This document shows positions 62,809-64,000 of a DNA stretch of 64,000 bases, piece by piece. The notes beneath the pieces were generated by a model. It did not search any database, had not been told where the DNA came from, and saw nothing but the letters and a program-made list of their open reading frames with translations. The position numbers were made by a program, and so were the translations under genes. The stretch comes from Phoronis australis (Eukaryota > Animalia > Phoronida), in NCBI GenBank assembly GCA_002633005.1, contig NMRA01000927.1, forward strand, positions 5,921 through 69,920, in the 5' to 3' direction. The number at the start of each line of letters is the position of its first letter. Positions within the stretch are counted from its first letter, which is position 1.

Positions 62809-63385
62809 TAGAGTAATGAGCTACATGGTTAAGACTCGTCATGGAAAATATAGAAAAACAAAAATAATTTCCAAGTGTGGAAAACCTATGACAAATGAAG
62901 AAAGGAACAACAGTTGTGGAAAATCGCATGATAAATAAAAGCTCCCTTATAGCATTCTTTTAACTAGGTTTTTGCCATTCGCTTGAGAAATACATTGTTG
63001 GCTCTATTTAGCACCCAAAACACTTGTATTAAGAGTACTGAAATCCTGGACTGAGTTAGGAAATGGTGGATGTTTGATTGAATGACCAGTTCAGGTTGAC
63101 ACTGAGACTTGCATTTGTGTCGAGTGATTGTTCAATAGCCAGGTAAACTATTGTGTAAATCTGGTCCTTAATTTTTGCAGCTGGTAATTTATAAGGAAAC
63201 GTTCACATAAATGGGGAGGTTCAAAGGAGCTACAAAATTTAGGGGTGGTTGAATAGCCGAGCACGGGAAATTAAAGGTGAAAATTTTGAAATTCTAGGGT
63301 GCGACTGAATCTAGCCGTTTAGCTGGACGAGTATGAAGTGATTAATGTGATAGTTTGCCTTCATGACATAGAAGTTTATTTGCAG

Positions 63386-63492
63386 TGCCTGGCAGACCGG
63401 AGAGTCTACTTAATGTATCTCGCACCAGCACATCTGTGGCGCTGAAGTGGACGGCCCCATTCACAACCAATGGGAATCTTCTGGAATATTTG
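63386..63492 (+). CDS. Receptor exon 12: FN3 #4 start; gene continues beyond the window
   Basis: TTGCAG| LPGRPESLLNVSRTSTSVALKWTAPFTTNGNLLEYL |GTATGA; phase 1-0. Confidence 0.9.
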
Positions 63493-63609
63493 GTATGACG
63501 TTTCTAGTCTCGTGTTAGTGTAAGAAAATAACTGCAGACAGTCTGATACACGTTGCAGCAGACGTGCACAGGCTGCGCATGTGGACCCATTGCACTAATC
63601 ATCAGGAAT

Positions 63610-64000
63610 CATTTTTATGCGACCACATATTTATATGTGGACGCATTATGCCGTCATCTCCGTCCGGCATCCGTCCGTCTGTCCGGCGTCTGGCGTCCGT
63701 TGCTCTATCTCCAAAACGCCTTGACGTATGTTCATGAAATGTTGCACGTGTGTTCTTTCCATGGATGGGACAGCGTGAGGGAACTTTCTGACGGATCCAA
63801 CTACCAGTGTGCCCCCTAGTGGCAATTTTAGTTTTTACGTTTACCTCTGTATCTTCAAAAGTCCTGAACAGATTTTCATAAAATTTGGTATATAGGCACC
63901 TATTAGTGAGATGACGCTATCATTCGGTTTGCAGATGGATGTGACACAATTTGCGCCACCTATTGGCCATTTTTACTGTTTTTGAGTCTGTTTTTTTGCG
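63610..64000 (+). repeat. Unclassified interspersed repeat
   Basis: CGTCCGTCTGTCCG head, GATTTTCATAAAATTTGG, GCGCCACCTATTGGCC; similar to 51330-51830. Confidence 0.45.

Overview
Intron-rich, AT-rich animal genomic DNA, most consistent with a marine invertebrate; the organism cannot be named from sequence alone. The window holds two genes. (1) A single-ORF 1393-aa type-I membrane protein (14096-18277, +). It has a signal peptide, a furin-delimited N-terminal segment, three ADGRV1-like Calx-beta domains, one TM helix, about 8-10 degenerate helical repeats and a C-terminal domain resembling the dynein microtubule-binding stalk head. This is the most unusual object in the window. (2) The first 12 coding exons (24967 to beyond 63492, +) of a receptor with the ectodomain order SP-EGF-Kringle-EGF-Ig-FN3x4+, i.e. 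Tie/RPTP-like; I reconstructed these by hand with consistent splice phases. The first 13.7 kb is a nest of transposons: Harbinger/hAT-like MITEs, a pogo remnant, and a decayed Academ (transposase + XPG nuclease + Cys-finger) element. The Academ element is duplicated across single-N assembly junctions and carries an RNase H LINE insertion in one copy. Introns hold MITEs with clean TSDs, a Penelope-type hammerhead remnant, SINE-like heads and satellites.
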